54,758 nt of DNA, filler included, from Sluysia triapertura (GCA_046118255.1; 4 parts of 4 records of this genome joined end to end with filler, not necessarily neighbours in it); one strand, 5' to 3'. Counted from the whole stretch's first letter, positions 39,101 through 52,314 are shown. A program made the numbers and translations. Notes: generated from the letters alone by a model not told the origin.

Positions 39101-41358
39101 TTATAATAATATTTTTATTATTAAAATTAATTAATTTTATGCATAAAAACAATCAATAATTATGCATAACTAAATGTATGACGTATGCGCTTTAGTAGGA
39201 AATGATATTTTAAAATAAGTGATTTGTATCATAATGAAATTAATATTTTAGATGATGATGATGATGATCGTCTTTCAATAAACATTAATTATTTAAATTA
39301 AGTACTCATTTCAGTTGATGATAATTGTAAATATTAAAATCAAAAATTATTTTAATATAGTAAAATATTAAAAACCAAAATAAAATCATTTTACATTTCA
39401 AAAATCATTATCATTGAGATCATAATGTTTCTATAGAATAACTATTTTTAAATTGAGATTACATAGAAGTAATATAAAATTAAAATTTAGTAATAAATAA
39501 CAATCATTTTAAAGTGAATGAATAAATAAAAGTCATTCTAAATTAAGATTAGATAGAAATAATATGAAATTAAATTTTAAAGGCATAATAATCGATCAAA
39601 ATCATTTTAAAATATGATTTAAAATATTCTGTAAATAAAACAAGAGTGCATAAAAATAATATGAAATTAAAATTTAAAAACATTATGATCGATCAAAAGT
39701 ATTTAAAATTACATTATGTGAATAATATGAAAACATATTTAAAACTGAGATAGTACAAAATTAATAGCATCTTAATGTTCACAATAATATTCATAAAATA
39801 AAATCATTTTAAAATAAGAATTAGAAATTACAATACTTTAAGACAAAAAACGAATTCATAGTTTTCTTATCTTATTATTATTTATTTATTATTTTGATTA
39901 TTATTATTTTTACTTTAATTTTAATTTTTACTTTAATTTTATGATATATAAACGACTAGTATTATAATTTTTATTACTGACCATTAATATAAACGATTAT
40001 CATTATTGTATGTAACTTATTATTAGTTTTATAAGCCAAAAATAGATATAAATAGATTGTAGAAAAATATAAAGCGCACAATTAACAATCTCATTGCTGT
40101 TTTAAACCTCAACAATCACTGTGTTTATTATTTGCTGATGACATTGTGGTTATTGATTGAGATTAATCACTGATTATAATTTTTTTATTATTAAAGAGAA
40201 GTTTCAAATTTTTAACTAACGTGTCGAATTATTCATATTAAAAGGGAGTATATAGAGCTTCTGAGAAGTAAACTAAAGTTGTAAGATAAAATAAGGTTGT
40301 CACGAGATAATCGAAATTAAATTAAGATAAATTAAACAAAGCTCAATTGACTCTAGGTAAAAATAGAAATTTAAATCAAGAAAACTTATAAAATAAATTA
40401 TTTGTCAAACACTTCCATCTTGATCAACTGAGACGAGTATATGACTCATGATATTAAGCTACATATTTTGAATTTAATATGACTTTGAATAATTGATTAG
40501 GACACATGATAGAGAGTCCATAATTGATACACATTAAGAACATATATAATAAAGGACTCATCGTCGAGAATAAATTACCATATTATTAAATATTTAAACT
40601 ACCCATTTATAACTTTTATTTACATAATAATGTTTATGTTTATTAGTTTTGCCGCGCCTTAAGCCAGCACTGAATCTAATATGTTAACTTGTAATATAAT
40701 AAATAATTACGTCAGTCAACTCTCGAACCAATAAATATCTTTCTTATATCGTACTAGACAAACAGCTAATACAATTTTTGCTTTTTTAAGGATCAGTATT
40801 AACTCAAAAACCCTTGGATAGCAGTCATTTTGTTGGTGCAACCATTTATGATTCTGCTGCATCACTACGTAAGCAATCCAACAACCAATCGCGTCGCTTA
40901 AATGGATCTTTATTCGAACATGTTAGTATTGTTAAAAATGTATCGATAATTTATTTTAATTAAACATTATTTAAAACAACGAAATGATCATATCCAATCA
41001 TATTTCGATTTGATAATTTCAGAAAAAAGAATATAATTTTATTACTGATAAAGTGTATTTTCAAAACGACGAAGATAATGGCAATGGTATTGATGATGTT
41101 AACGATGAAGCATCGGGAAGTAATTGGGATTCTTCTTCAGATTCCGACCAATCAGACATTGCTAAAAAGAAAAATCAGCCAATCAGTGAAGTTGAAATAG
41201 CCAAGCAATTTCTATCGAAATTATTGACATTAAGACCAGGTAATAATGACATTTATAAAATTAGTCAAAAGAAAAATTAAATAAGTCTTCCTGTTTCGTG
41301 TGTGTGTGTGTGTGTATAAAGCAAATGTTGTTTAGATATTTCCAAGTATACGCGATAG
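29583..41358 (+). CDS. Large multi-exon uncharacterised gene (helical, HEAT/ARM-like), 5'-incomplete. Proposed exons: 29583-29706, 29750-29920, 30971-31304, 32436-32652, 33194-33246, 34192-34327, 34584-35018, 35181-35497, 35577-35840, 36170-36290, 37471-38095, 40791-40921, 41023-41239, 41336-41358
   Basis: All junctions are GT-AG and phase-compatible by manual splicing. Motif-like blocks YLSHPASSVRLEAS, SWEWREGRLLVYELV, ECLVDPRWELRRMARQSLP, acidic SNWDSSSD. The exon 3/4 junction (alternative 31300/32426) and the last exon are uncertain, and an exon could lie in the N gap. Confidence 0.8.
30161..30658 (+). mobile_element. Non-autonomous hAT-like element in an intron
   Basis: 5' end CAGGGCCGGATCCAGG...GCACCGGGGCA; degraded partner GCGTCCCGGGCAG...GGATATTATCTG at 30616-30658. 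Confidence 0.5.
31350..32300 (+). mobile_element. 5'-truncated Tigger/pogo element (DDE_1 transposase relic) in an intron
   Basis: PVDYYNQKGAWMD...KAVLLLDHAPCHP...[14 protein letters not shown]...MKRHY; 3' TIR CGAATAATCTGGAGTTTACCG ends at 32300; collinear with 45470-46605. Confidence 0.9.
33739..33810 (+). repeat. Degenerate tRNA-like module (SINE-like), paralog of 42373-42444
   Basis: Degenerate A box (TTTCAGTGGTAAAGC) and B box (GGTTTGATCCC). Confidence 0.7.
36295..36640. other. Assembly gap (346 N)
   Basis: Run of N. Confidence 1.
36641..36985. repeat. Degenerate (ATT/ATC)n trinucleotide tract
   Basis: Explains the poly-Ile ORFs on both strands. Confidence 0.95.
37003..37169. mobile_element. 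piggyBac-type MITE
   Basis: TTAA at 36999-37002 and 37170-37173 flank imperfect TIRs ACCTTTTTCGTCAC / GTAACGAAAGGG. Confidence 0.7.
38342..38641. mobile_element. Palindromic non-autonomous element (MITE-like) with an internally duplicated left arm
   Basis: TTTACTCGCGC...TTGAGTGTTTTA..TAGAATGA and TCGTTCTGATTGGTTGAGTGTTTTAT (38477) versus ATAAAACACTCAACCAATCAGAACGA...GCGCGGGTAAA. Confidence 0.7.
39380..39830 (+). repeat. Degenerate AT-rich tandem repeat
   Basis: Recurring AATCATTTTAAA and AATAATATGAAATTAAAATTTA units. Confidence 0.7.
40085..40560 (+). mobile_element. RTE-like LINE reverse-transcriptase relic in an intron
   Basis: CLLFADDIVVID (catalytic FADD) at about 40122-40157; LGHM at about 40495-40510 resembles the LRW.GH motif. 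Confidence 0.7.
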
Positions 41359-41572
41359 ATAAAGACTGAAGTTATTGATTTGCTACATTTATTTCTATTT
41401 CTATCTAGAATTTTAGTTTCCGTCTTCGTAAAGAGAAATTATATGTAACTGGTGCTAATTGATTAGTCAGTAGGTCAGAAAATAGACAGATTTCAATATG
41501 CTTCAACAGATTGATCAGAAAGATCAAGTAGCATTGCATGAGTCGTAAAAATTAAAAATTAATTCCATATTA

Positions 41573-41749
41573 CAGGGTTTCCTCCTTTATTTCAATTCTG
41601 TCAAGCCTTATTTCAATTTTGACATATTTCATTGCAAAAAGAATAATTAAGTTTAAATTTAAATTTAAGTTCTAAATTAACAATAAATGAAATATGGATT
41701 AATAAAATTTAATAATTATAACACAATTGAAATAAGGACGGAAACCCTA
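41573..41749. mobile_element. Tc1/mariner-type MITE
   Basis: TA-flanked TIRs of about 25 bp: CAGGGTTTCCTCCTTTATTTCAATT / AATTGAAATAAGGACGGAAACCCTA. Confidence 0.8.
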
Positions 41750-42372
41750 TATTAAAGAGTAAAAACGTTGTCGATAAAATCTTTATATTCTGCACGGCTC
41801 TATTAAAATAATCATTACCATTTCGGCGCATTTGATGAACATAATTGGTACGATTCGGATATTTCAATGTTGCTTGTTCCTTCTGCAAGTTTTTCATGCA
41901 CCAACCTCATGCGGATGTAAATATACTATAGCATGTATAATTATGATATAGAAAATAACATAAATAAAGCGGATGAAAATATAACCATGACTATATTATA
42001 TGACTAACTATTATGTGGAGGTATTCTAAGTTTCAGAATGGCATATGGTTTGCAGGAATCTTTGGTGCACCTCCTTGTCCCAAATTATTATTTATAATGG
42101 TTTTAGTTTTTCGTTTAAATTTTATTTGCTCTTCCATTTCTTATATCAGAGACGAGTTAGACGGGTCTGTTTAAATAATTAAATGATAATAAACTTAAGA
42201 TTTATAAATTTGTCTAAAGTTTAATAATAGTTTTAAAGAATACACCTAATCTAAATTTATTCGATTTATTCTTGACTTTTCTTCTGGATTTGAATTTTGT
42301 GTCTTCTTTGATCTTCTTTTTTTGAATTGTCTTTTTTGCTTGACAATTATTATTACTGTTAGACTTCGAAAA

Positions 42373-42444
42373 TGGACTGACCGGGGATCGAACCCGGGAC
42401 CTCTAGCTGCGCAATTTGAGGCTCTACCACTGAGCTATCAGCCC
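42373..42444 (-). repeat. tRNA-like module (tRNA pseudogene or SINE head)
   Basis: GGGCTGA TA GCTC AGTGGTA GAGC CTCAAATTGCGCAGCTAG AGGTC CCGGG TTCGATC CCCGG TCAGTCC A: acceptor, D and T arms pair, the anticodon stem does not. Confidence 0.85.
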
Positions 42445-43229
42445 CGTCTAACAATATTCAATTATACCAAGTGGCACCTTAGGCCTTTTTATCCCAGCAT
42501 TATTATTATTGATAGAATAAAAAGTTATGATTTTAGGATTTTATGTCTTTGATGATGGCTTCTACTTTACTATTTTCTAACACTTATAATAATCTCTAGA
42601 GGTTACTGTTCATTCGTCTCTGGTGTTAAAGATTAACGTTAAGATTTATGTTCCTCCTTAAAATCAAATAGTATAAACTAAACTGACTAAAAGTTTATTT
42701 ATCAAATGTAAGTAACAAATACAAAGTCTAGAAAATAATTTAGATAATGTTTTGGGTGCTTATAAACTTCTTTCAAAATTAAGTTTAAATTTAACACTAA
42801 TTATTTTAAATGTTATTCTGATAAATATTAATGCAACTTAAATTATAAAATGTCCGTTATTTAAATACCTTCGATTCAATAGTAATTGTACAACAAATAC
42901 CTTTAATTCGAACAGCAATTGAATATCTTCAATGAATAACTTCTTCAAATAATAATCAAATCGATGACTGGAACCCATCTATTTATACTTGATTTTTTCC
43001 ATAATAATGACATTTTTTAATTTTTGTAATACAGTAATATATAGTGTAATTACTTTTTTGATACTATTTCATTTACACTATAGTTTGTAACTAGTTTATA
43101 GTATATATGTTATTATTTTTCTCTTTTAATTTTAATATTATTTTATTCATTTTATTGTTTACTATTATGTTATTACTTTTTGACTTAATTTTTAATTTAC
43201 ATTATATTTTTCTATGTTATAACTTTTTT

Positions 43230-43407
43230 GATGTAATTAAATTTTAGATAATTTTACAAAGAAGTTTTGTTATTAAAGAATAATAACAAAAGAATTACAC
43301 TATTATTATTGTTGTTGTTACATTGTCTGCTGATGTAATTAAATTTTAGATAATTTTACAAAGAAGTTTTGTTATTAAAGAATAATAACAAAAGAATTAC
43401 ACTATTA
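43230..43407. repeat. Exact direct duplication (period 101 bp) at the scaffold end
   Basis: TGATGTAATTAAATTTTAGATAATTTTACAAAGAAG... at 43230 and 43331. Confidence 0.9.
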
Positions 43408-43507
43408 NNNNNNNNNNNNNNNNNNNNNNNNNNNNNNNNNNNNNNNNNNNNTTAATTAATTAANNNNNNNNNNNNNNNNNNNNNNNNNNNNNNNNNNNNN
43501 NNNNNNN
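43408..43507. other. Artificial scaffold spacer N44-TTAATTAATTAA-N44
   Basis: Same as 12349. Confidence 0.97.
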
Positions 43508-43544
43508 TACATCTACATCTACGGTTAATATATATTTCATTATA

Positions 43545-43616
43545 TGGAGGAGGGGGTCGTTTAAAATTTCCTAAGCTTGAAGGGAGTCGCTATATAAAAA
43601 AGTTTAAGAAACCCTG
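43545..43616 (+). mobile_element. hAT (Buster-type) 3' terminus
   Basis: GGGGGTCG...GGGAGTCGC...AAAAAGTTTAAGAAACCCTG followed by the 8-mer ATCTAAAC with central TA. Confidence 0.7.
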
Positions 43617-45469
43617 ATCTAAACCATACATTCATCATCTAATATCATAACTAATTCATAACTAATTCATTAACATTACCATCAACTCATGATAAACATT
43701 ATTATACACTATTATTATCTTTGTCATCATCGTTATCATATTAATAATTATATTAATAATTCAAATAGTATTTTGAAATTCATTGGCAGTTTTCAAAGTA
43801 TATGGATTGTTTTTGTATGGAGGAATACTTTAATTTTTTAGGTGAAAATTCAAAACAGTCTTTCAGTAACGGTTTAGAATTGTAACTCGTTTTAATCAAT
43901 GTTAAAACCAGTAAAATACATATCAGAATTAAGATCAATTTTTATATGCATCTAGATAAAAAGTATTACAATATCTGTAAACGTATTTATAAAAGTTGAA
44001 TGTGTCTATAATTTAGAAACATTCATCGTACATAGTTCCTAAAGTTCAGTTGATGGTATTAAATGCCAACATGGTCGTTGAAAGATGTCAAGTCATAACA
44101 AATTATGCTTACGTTTTGGCATTACTATCATAATTCTATTATCATGAAAGTAAATTATGATTACATTATAAGTCCAATGATTTATTTTTTAATCAACAAT
44201 TCAAATTTAAACTAAATGTTTTGTTTTTTAATAATCAAAGTATTTATAAGTTTTATTCACAAGATACCTAATAAATAGAATTACGCTGTACTTTAAGACT
44301 CAAACTCGATATTGTTCGTCAAAATGATAATGATACACAATGTACTAAAAAGATTTTTCTCATGTTATTGTGGATGGTAACTTCATTGATTATGCATTTT
44401 TACGCAATCTAATCCTTTTAATGGATAAGGTGTGGTGTTAGATTATATTAATAATTCACACTTATTATTTAGTGATTATTAGCCTAATGAGGTTTTGTTT
44501 TCTGATAGACATTTTAAATTTAAAGTAAAATTTATTTTATTTGTGTTTATTAGTTTAAATGAGATAAATGAAAATTTTATATATAAAACACTTAAAAGAA
44601 GAATAAAGAGGATCACAGAAGAGAACAATTGAAATTATATTTCTTACTTTAATTTGATAGTTAATTTTTTGAAGAGGTGGGTTTAGTGTGTTGTTGACGA
44701 TTGGTTTCCACATTATATATTGATGCAATACCACTGAACTGCCTTGATCGACTTGGACGCTAATTTATTTAAATTACATCGATCGACAGCATTACTTAAT
44801 TTGTTTGAATCGCATCGAACAGCATCATTACATGATTTACCTTTAACTTTAGAATTAATTAGTTCATCTTTAATAGTAGAGTTACATGATTTATTGAATT
44901 TATCTTTAGGAGCATTACATGGATTGTATTCAGCAGTAGTCATACATATTTAATTTCCTTCTTTTTAATTTCTTAAGTTTTTCTTAAATTTGGCTTTTTT
45001 TAACAATTTGTGTTTTAAGAATTTTTGCCGTTTACTGCAATTTTGAAAATTTTACTTCATGACATACTACTATGCCGTGATTTGGGATATTTATAAATTT
45101 TTATTATTTTTATGAAAAATAAATTTTTAATCGTCTACTGACCTTAGCCAGTAAGTGATTTACTTAAAAATTGATTATTATTATTATTACTATTTATTTA
45201 TTATATTATTTATTTATTATTTATTATCATTATTTTTCATAAATTACATCTATCAAACTCTCTTAATTGCATAATTATAAATTAGTTTCTGGTTTCACTT
45301 ATACAATTTTAAATTAATTTCGTCGTAGCTTTTTAATTTAATTCTTCAACATCATATTTACTTATACACCACTGAATTTTTATGAATTAGATACAAGTTT
45401 AATAATTCGATCTTTTATTGTTTCAGTTTTCAAAAACAATTTAAAAAATAATTTAAATTATTGAAAATA

Positions 45470-46605
<1,136 letters not shown>

Positions 46606-46728
46606 CTCATTTACAAATTCTCTACGACTTTGTGACCTTTTACAGTTAGCATAATTACAATAAAAATAAGACGTAAGTAGGTTGTTACAAATAAAACATA
46701 AATCATCAAATTTGATTGTACAAATAAC

Positions 46729-47143
46729 CTTTAACTCAGATGAAAAGAAATCTGTTAAGTGATCAGGTATTTCTCGGGAAAAAGTAGTTCGTGTTGATCC
46801 ATTACGCTTCTCCTCAAAATCATCGTCATTCGAATGGTTTCGATCAGAATCATTTATGTGACCATCGATATCAGAATAAAAGATGTCGTCTCGCGTATGG
46901 CTGCTGTGGTTATGTTCTTCTAATCCAGTGCTTGAGCAGTTGTCATCATCATCGTCGGTATTGGTATGATGCAATTCATTTCTAGAAAATGTACAACTTT
47001 TAAAAGAAACTTGATCATCCTCGTGTTCTTCATTATGATCATCGTCTTCTTCATTTGAATCAGTTGAAATACGACTTATAATTGAATTATACTTCATTTC
47101 CTTTGTGTTTGAGAATCTATTATGGTCTACAATTTCATCCATT
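46729..47143 (-). CDS. Isolated acidic, His/Asp-rich exon of an unidentified gene
   Basis: Open frame bounded by a ctgtttag acceptor (AG at 47145-47144) and an AAG/GTTATT donor (46728); flanking exons not found. Confidence 0.55.
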
Positions 47144-47596
47144 CTAAACAGAGGCCAAAGAGGAAATGGTTGAAACTTTATGAAAAATTTTAATATTTAA
47201 AATTTTTAAAATTCATACCTTTGTTTTTTTAAAATTCTGCGATGGACCTAAATCTATTATTGAGAACAAAATAATAGATAAGCCAATACTTTGCTTTTGA
47301 CACGTATCTGTATTTGCTCTTACAACTTTATACTTATGTTCTAACATAAAACTTTCTCTTACATAATTCAAAATGCATAATTTGAAAGAAAAAGTAATAT
47401 TTAAACAAAAAAATAAAATACTTATAAAAGAAATAATAATAATGATCATAAATAAAATTAATAATAAATATAAAAAAAACGATAATAAGAATTAAAATTA
47501 ATAACAATATCAGAAATTAATGATAATAATAATAATATGAAGCAAAAACAAATAAAAACATATCGATAATTTGACAATCAAAAAAAACTTAATTGT

Positions 47597-48190
47597 TCAT
47601 GAAGTATCTTTAAATTCTAATTTTTTAATCTCTAAACCATTATCAATCCATTCCTGAAAACCACCAGAGTAAACTCGAGCCTTTTTATAAACAATACTAT
47701 GTGCTAATTCGCATTCACTTCTACCTTTAACTTCTTTCAAACTATAAAATATCAAATTATCATTTGAATAATCTGGTTTATGACGTTGGTAAGTAGCTAA
47801 AAATTCTTCTTTGGACATTTAAAGTGCTGTCTTAAGCTTGTTAAATGGTATATGAATGTCAACCGGAATAATACCAGTTTTTTCTATATCAGCTCTATCT
47901 CTCACATGAACCAACATTAGAGATTCTGATTTTAGCACCTCTTGAACAAAATTCATATTAACTTCATTCCGTTTCGTAACTTGAGATTGTTATCTCCTGG
48001 ACGAATTTCAACTGGTTTAGGAGCACCTTTAACTGCATTTGAATATAGTCTGTTAATAGGATGAATGAATGAAGGATTTGCAATATTACGATAACTAAAA
48101 CGCGATGACGGAATAAACCAGTAAAACGTTCTGCTTAAGGAACATCTAGATATAAATGGTTTAGCAACGTGCCTCAGAAGCGTTAAAGAA
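47597..48190 (-). pseudogene. Intronless single-domain rhodanese (TSTD/Hsp67B-like) pseudogene with a transit-peptide-like leader
   Basis: MLVHVRDRADIEKTGIIPVDIHIPFNKLKTAL*MSKEEFLATYQRHKP...LIFYSLKEVKG...ARVYSGGFQEW. Frameshift near 47968, in-frame TAA at 47821-47819, active-site Cys replaced (FYS), no start codon seen. Confidence 0.85.
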
Positions 48191-48309
48191 TATTTAAAAT
48201 CGAACAATAATAATAAAAGTAAGAATAATAATGACAAGAAGATAAGGTGTGAAAGCTTGCACAACGTTGATACAATCGGAGGAGGTGATCACGGCGGACT
48301 CAAAGTAAT

Positions 48310-48498
48310 AGTGGTAAATTATTGTAATTTTATTGTATTATAATTTATTTAAATTAGAGTATATTACATATATTGTATTTTAATAAAATTACTGAAAGAG
48401 ATATTTTATTTTATTTAGGTTATTATATGTTGGTGTAGTATGTGGTGAATGTTTGTGATAGACTGTATAAGGAGTTTATGTATAAGTTGAACACTACA
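48310..48498 (-). repeat. TGTGGTG-family repeat, short copy
   Basis: Minus-strand start TGTAGTGTTCAAC at 48498, then a C/A-rich body. Confidence 0.55.
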
Positions 48499-48839
48499 AA
48501 CATCAGATTGAAATATATCAAATTAACACAGTTAAATCGTCCTTCGCTAAAATCATCAGGATTATCAACTTTTATATAACTAACTTTTTCTAAAATTGCT
48601 TATTTGTTTGTAGCAGGATCACAATCTATAATGTTGAAATCTAATTTTTTGCTTCTAACTTTCACAACCTATACTTTTAAATTCATCAACGAAATCACTG
48701 TTATGATGTTTATTTAGCTTACTACAGTTTTGCCATTTAAAAAAACTATTCCCATATATTTTTAATCATTAAATTTTATCGATTTATTTTTGTTTTTCTG
48801 GCCTAAATGGCCTGTTTAAAAATCGTATTATTATTATTA

Positions 48840-48886
<47 letters not shown>

Positions 48887-50185
48887 TTTAATCGTAGCAA
48901 TAGTCTTATTGTAAATATTCTCAACTGAATGTACACCTGACATCCATAAAATCATAATCCATGTTAATTAATAAATTGTTTTCTGAAAGAAAATTACATT
49001 GTAATGTGCATGTAAATTTAGTAATTAATTAAGATGACAGAATTCATCTATTTGGATTAAACTACGAACATTTTTATACGTAAACCATTTTTATATAAAA
49101 TACAAGAAAAACATTTTTTAACTAATCACAAATTAGGAAAACAGGCTATAATAATAATAATAATTCTTAAATTTCATATCATAACTAAAATATTAATGGT
49201 GAAAATTAACAATGAAATTGTAAATAAAACAATATTTAATATATAATAAATAATAATATTATTTAATAAAAATAATAATAATAAATAAATAAGAATAATA
49301 AATAATAAATAAACCATAAATAATACAGAAAAACAATCAAATACTCAATTTTCTTTAAATAAAACTTAAACAATCCGTAATTCAGTAGTTATACTTTCAA
49401 ATAAAATAATTATACCTAAGTATTTGTCAAGCAATGCTGAATTTTACAGCGATAGAATCAAAATGTACAAAAGACACTGCAATCTTTTTAAGAAATAATT
49501 GACATATTAAATGCAAAATAATTGTAAATTCAATAATATTCATGAAAAATATTATTAATATAAAAAACTTAAATTAACATTGACGCAATTTTCTCTATAA
49601 TAATTAAATCTTATCTTGCTTTGGTGCCTTTCTAATTTTTGAAGAAACTAAGTTGATTTTTTGTCCGCATTTAATGCCATTGTTAAATGTGATATAAGCA
49701 GAAGGTAGAGCCTGACCTTACAAACCAAACGTCATCAAAATTTTCAATCTTAGATGTAGTATGCAAAATCAGGATTATATAATAATGAAATTGGAAAGTT
49801 TTAAGATGTTAAATATGAAGAGAATTTTGTTAATTGCGTTGTGGGTTAAGATTTTCTTATAGACTGATTTAATAATAAAATCAGACGTAATGTATTGGAT
49901 CACTACACCATCTTTTGTATTATATTATATTTTAAAATATATAACGAAAGTATTTAGAGTTAATCTTAATATTAAAATTTCATTATTGTTATTATTGTAA
50001 CACAACCTGTTCTTAATTGTAATATCAATTAATTCATTTTACTATAATTCAACATTTTAGTCAATGATATTTTTATATCGTTATTATTGTTTTCAAAACA
50101 TAATTTCGAACTCTCTTGCTAATATTATATTGTAGAATTGTATAACGTTGCTTTTAATCATTGAATTATATGTTTATTATTATTA

Positions 50186-50238
<53 letters not shown>

Positions 50239-51482
50239 TCAAGATTAATAAGTATTTGTAAATAAATAAATTAGGACCTAATTCATATAGAATATATAAG
50301 CCATTCGTTAGTAAAAATAGTTAAAATTCGAAATCGACATTGTCAGGTGATGGATAGAATATAAGGTTAATGGACGAATTATAATTTGAAGTAATATCGA
50401 GAGTTTAAGTTTCACAATCTAGATTATACATATTATTAAACTAAGGTTGGTACTGTCCGAATACCCTCAAAAAAAACTAATAAATAAAACAAAAATTAAT
50501 GTCAATAAAGAAGTTGAATAACAAAATCACAGAGATAAGCTCTGATCTATATATTTGATCTCTCATACGCCAGTTAAGTTAAAGTACGGAATTTAAACAA
50601 ATAAACTTTTAGTAAATAAAAAAGAGTTCTTACAAATCTAGAAACTTGTTGTCAACCAAAAGTTAGCATACCCTCAACTTGATAGTTAAATTCCTATGGG
50701 TTGTCTTGCAGTAGGATTTGAGACACTTATTATAAGCGAACCAATCATTTAGATACATTTAGCATCTTATTCTCTTAATATGTTACTAAAATATTTTTGG
50801 AATATTATTAGTGTTCGGTTTTCTTACTACCTGAACAATTATAAAAATAATGAATTTTAGAATTTGGGTCCGCCTACGCCAAACGGTTTACCTATAAGGA
50901 CGTTCACGTAGGATTTTAAAGCTTTGTCAAATAACTGAAGGTCGAAAGAATACTTTATTCTTTGTCTTTTCCTTTTTAATATATTTTATAATTCTTGTCT
51001 AAAATTATACCTTAGTTTCGTTGTATTAACTGACTATAGATGCGTTAATCCAAACCTTTTTATCTTACACTTTTACTAATTAAATTATTCGTTCGAATTT
51101 TATCTAAACTTTATTTCTATCAAAAATCTTTAATCGCAAGAATTAGTAAATCTTTTTTAATATCCTTACTCGTAATAATAAAAAAAACAAAATAGTTTTT
51201 TGAACTTTTATTAACGACAGTATAAACAACTTTTAACTATATAAGAATTATTAATATACACAAAAGAAATATACAAAAGACTCAAATAATGATAATGCAA
51301 TAAAATATAATAAAATATATAATTTTGAAAACTTTAATGTATGATTTTAACTCAGAGGGTAACTTTGAGTTTTTTCCTTATAATTATGTAAATGAATTTA
51401 CGTGTATTTTAAGACCAAAAGAACAAGGTCAATCACTTAACATTAAAAGCTTACTTAAAATTTAATAAAAAGGTTGTCTGCT

Positions 51483-51721
51483 GGTTTCCACCGAATGCGA
51501 TTGAGCCAAATATTATCGAATGCGACCAAGTCAAATTGGAATAATTGTGAGTTAAATCAAAGCGTACGTATTACCAAATTTGTAAATTGAACAAATATAT
51601 TTTATCAAATCGACCCAAATATATATCGAACCAAATGTATATCGAACCAAATGTATATCGAACCGAATATATCGAACCAAACATAAATCGACCCAAATAT
51701 ATCGAACCAAAATTCCAAACC
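51483..51721. repeat. Array of 15-17-bp repeats (ATATCGAACCAAAT), probably a foldback/MULE-like MITE end
   Basis: About 7 head-to-tail units at 51605-51712, with degenerate units from 51483. Confidence 0.75.
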
Positions 51722-51964
51722 GTTATTCAAAAATAACTTTTAAAAAATTCCTTCTTTTTTTATTTGAGCTTATAAAAACTTCTATATCTATAAATTGTTA
51801 TGCGTCTTAATCAATAAATTCAAACCTTTATATACCTTTGACGTTAATATAAATATCCGATAAAAATTTTTGTTTTAATGTAAATATCCTAAATAATTTT
51901 CCGATTTAAAATTTTCGTTTACTAATGTAATATAAATATCCTTTTAATTATGTTAATAAAATAA

Positions 51965-52110
51965 TATAAGTTTCCGTTTTAGTTATAAATAAAGAACGAT
52001 TTTTTTAAATTTTTAAATATCCGTTTTAGTTATAATTAAACATAAATAAACAACGATTTTTTAAATTTTTAAATATCCGTTTTAGTTATAATTAAACAAC
52101 GATTTTTTAT
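51965..52110. repeat. Three tandem copies of a unit of about 50 bp
   Basis: TCCGTTTTAGTTATAA.TAAA...AACGATTTTTT three times. Confidence 0.9.
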
Positions 52111-52314
52111 GTATAATAAATATTTGTTTAATACTAAATATGTTTATAATTTTATAATTAATTAAATAAACCTTTTTTAATATTTTTTAATAAAAACTTA
52201 TTTAATCAAAAAATTTTTAATTTACAATAAAAATTTCTAATTATATTATTTAAAATAAATATTCAAAAATTATATTATTTACAACTAAGGATTATATTGA
52301 TTATATTATTTACA

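Noticed and set aside
42373-42444. Functional tRNA gene
   Set aside because: The anticodon stem cannot pair and a degenerate paralog with shared flank exists.
43230-43407. Biologically meaningful 101-bp duplication
   Set aside because: Exact copy abutting the scaffold end; could equally be an assembly overlap artefact.
44713-44953. Bidirectional ORF pair as an overlapping gene
   Set aside because: Short and internally repetitive, upstream frame contains stops, no recognisable domain.
49560-49760. LINE C-terminal relic on the minus strand (also 53420-53715)
   Set aside because: Only vague resemblance after assuming several frameshifts; not supportable without a search.
51605-51712. CRISPR-like array
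   Set aside because: Units are head-to-tail with no unique spacers, no cas genes, eukaryotic context.
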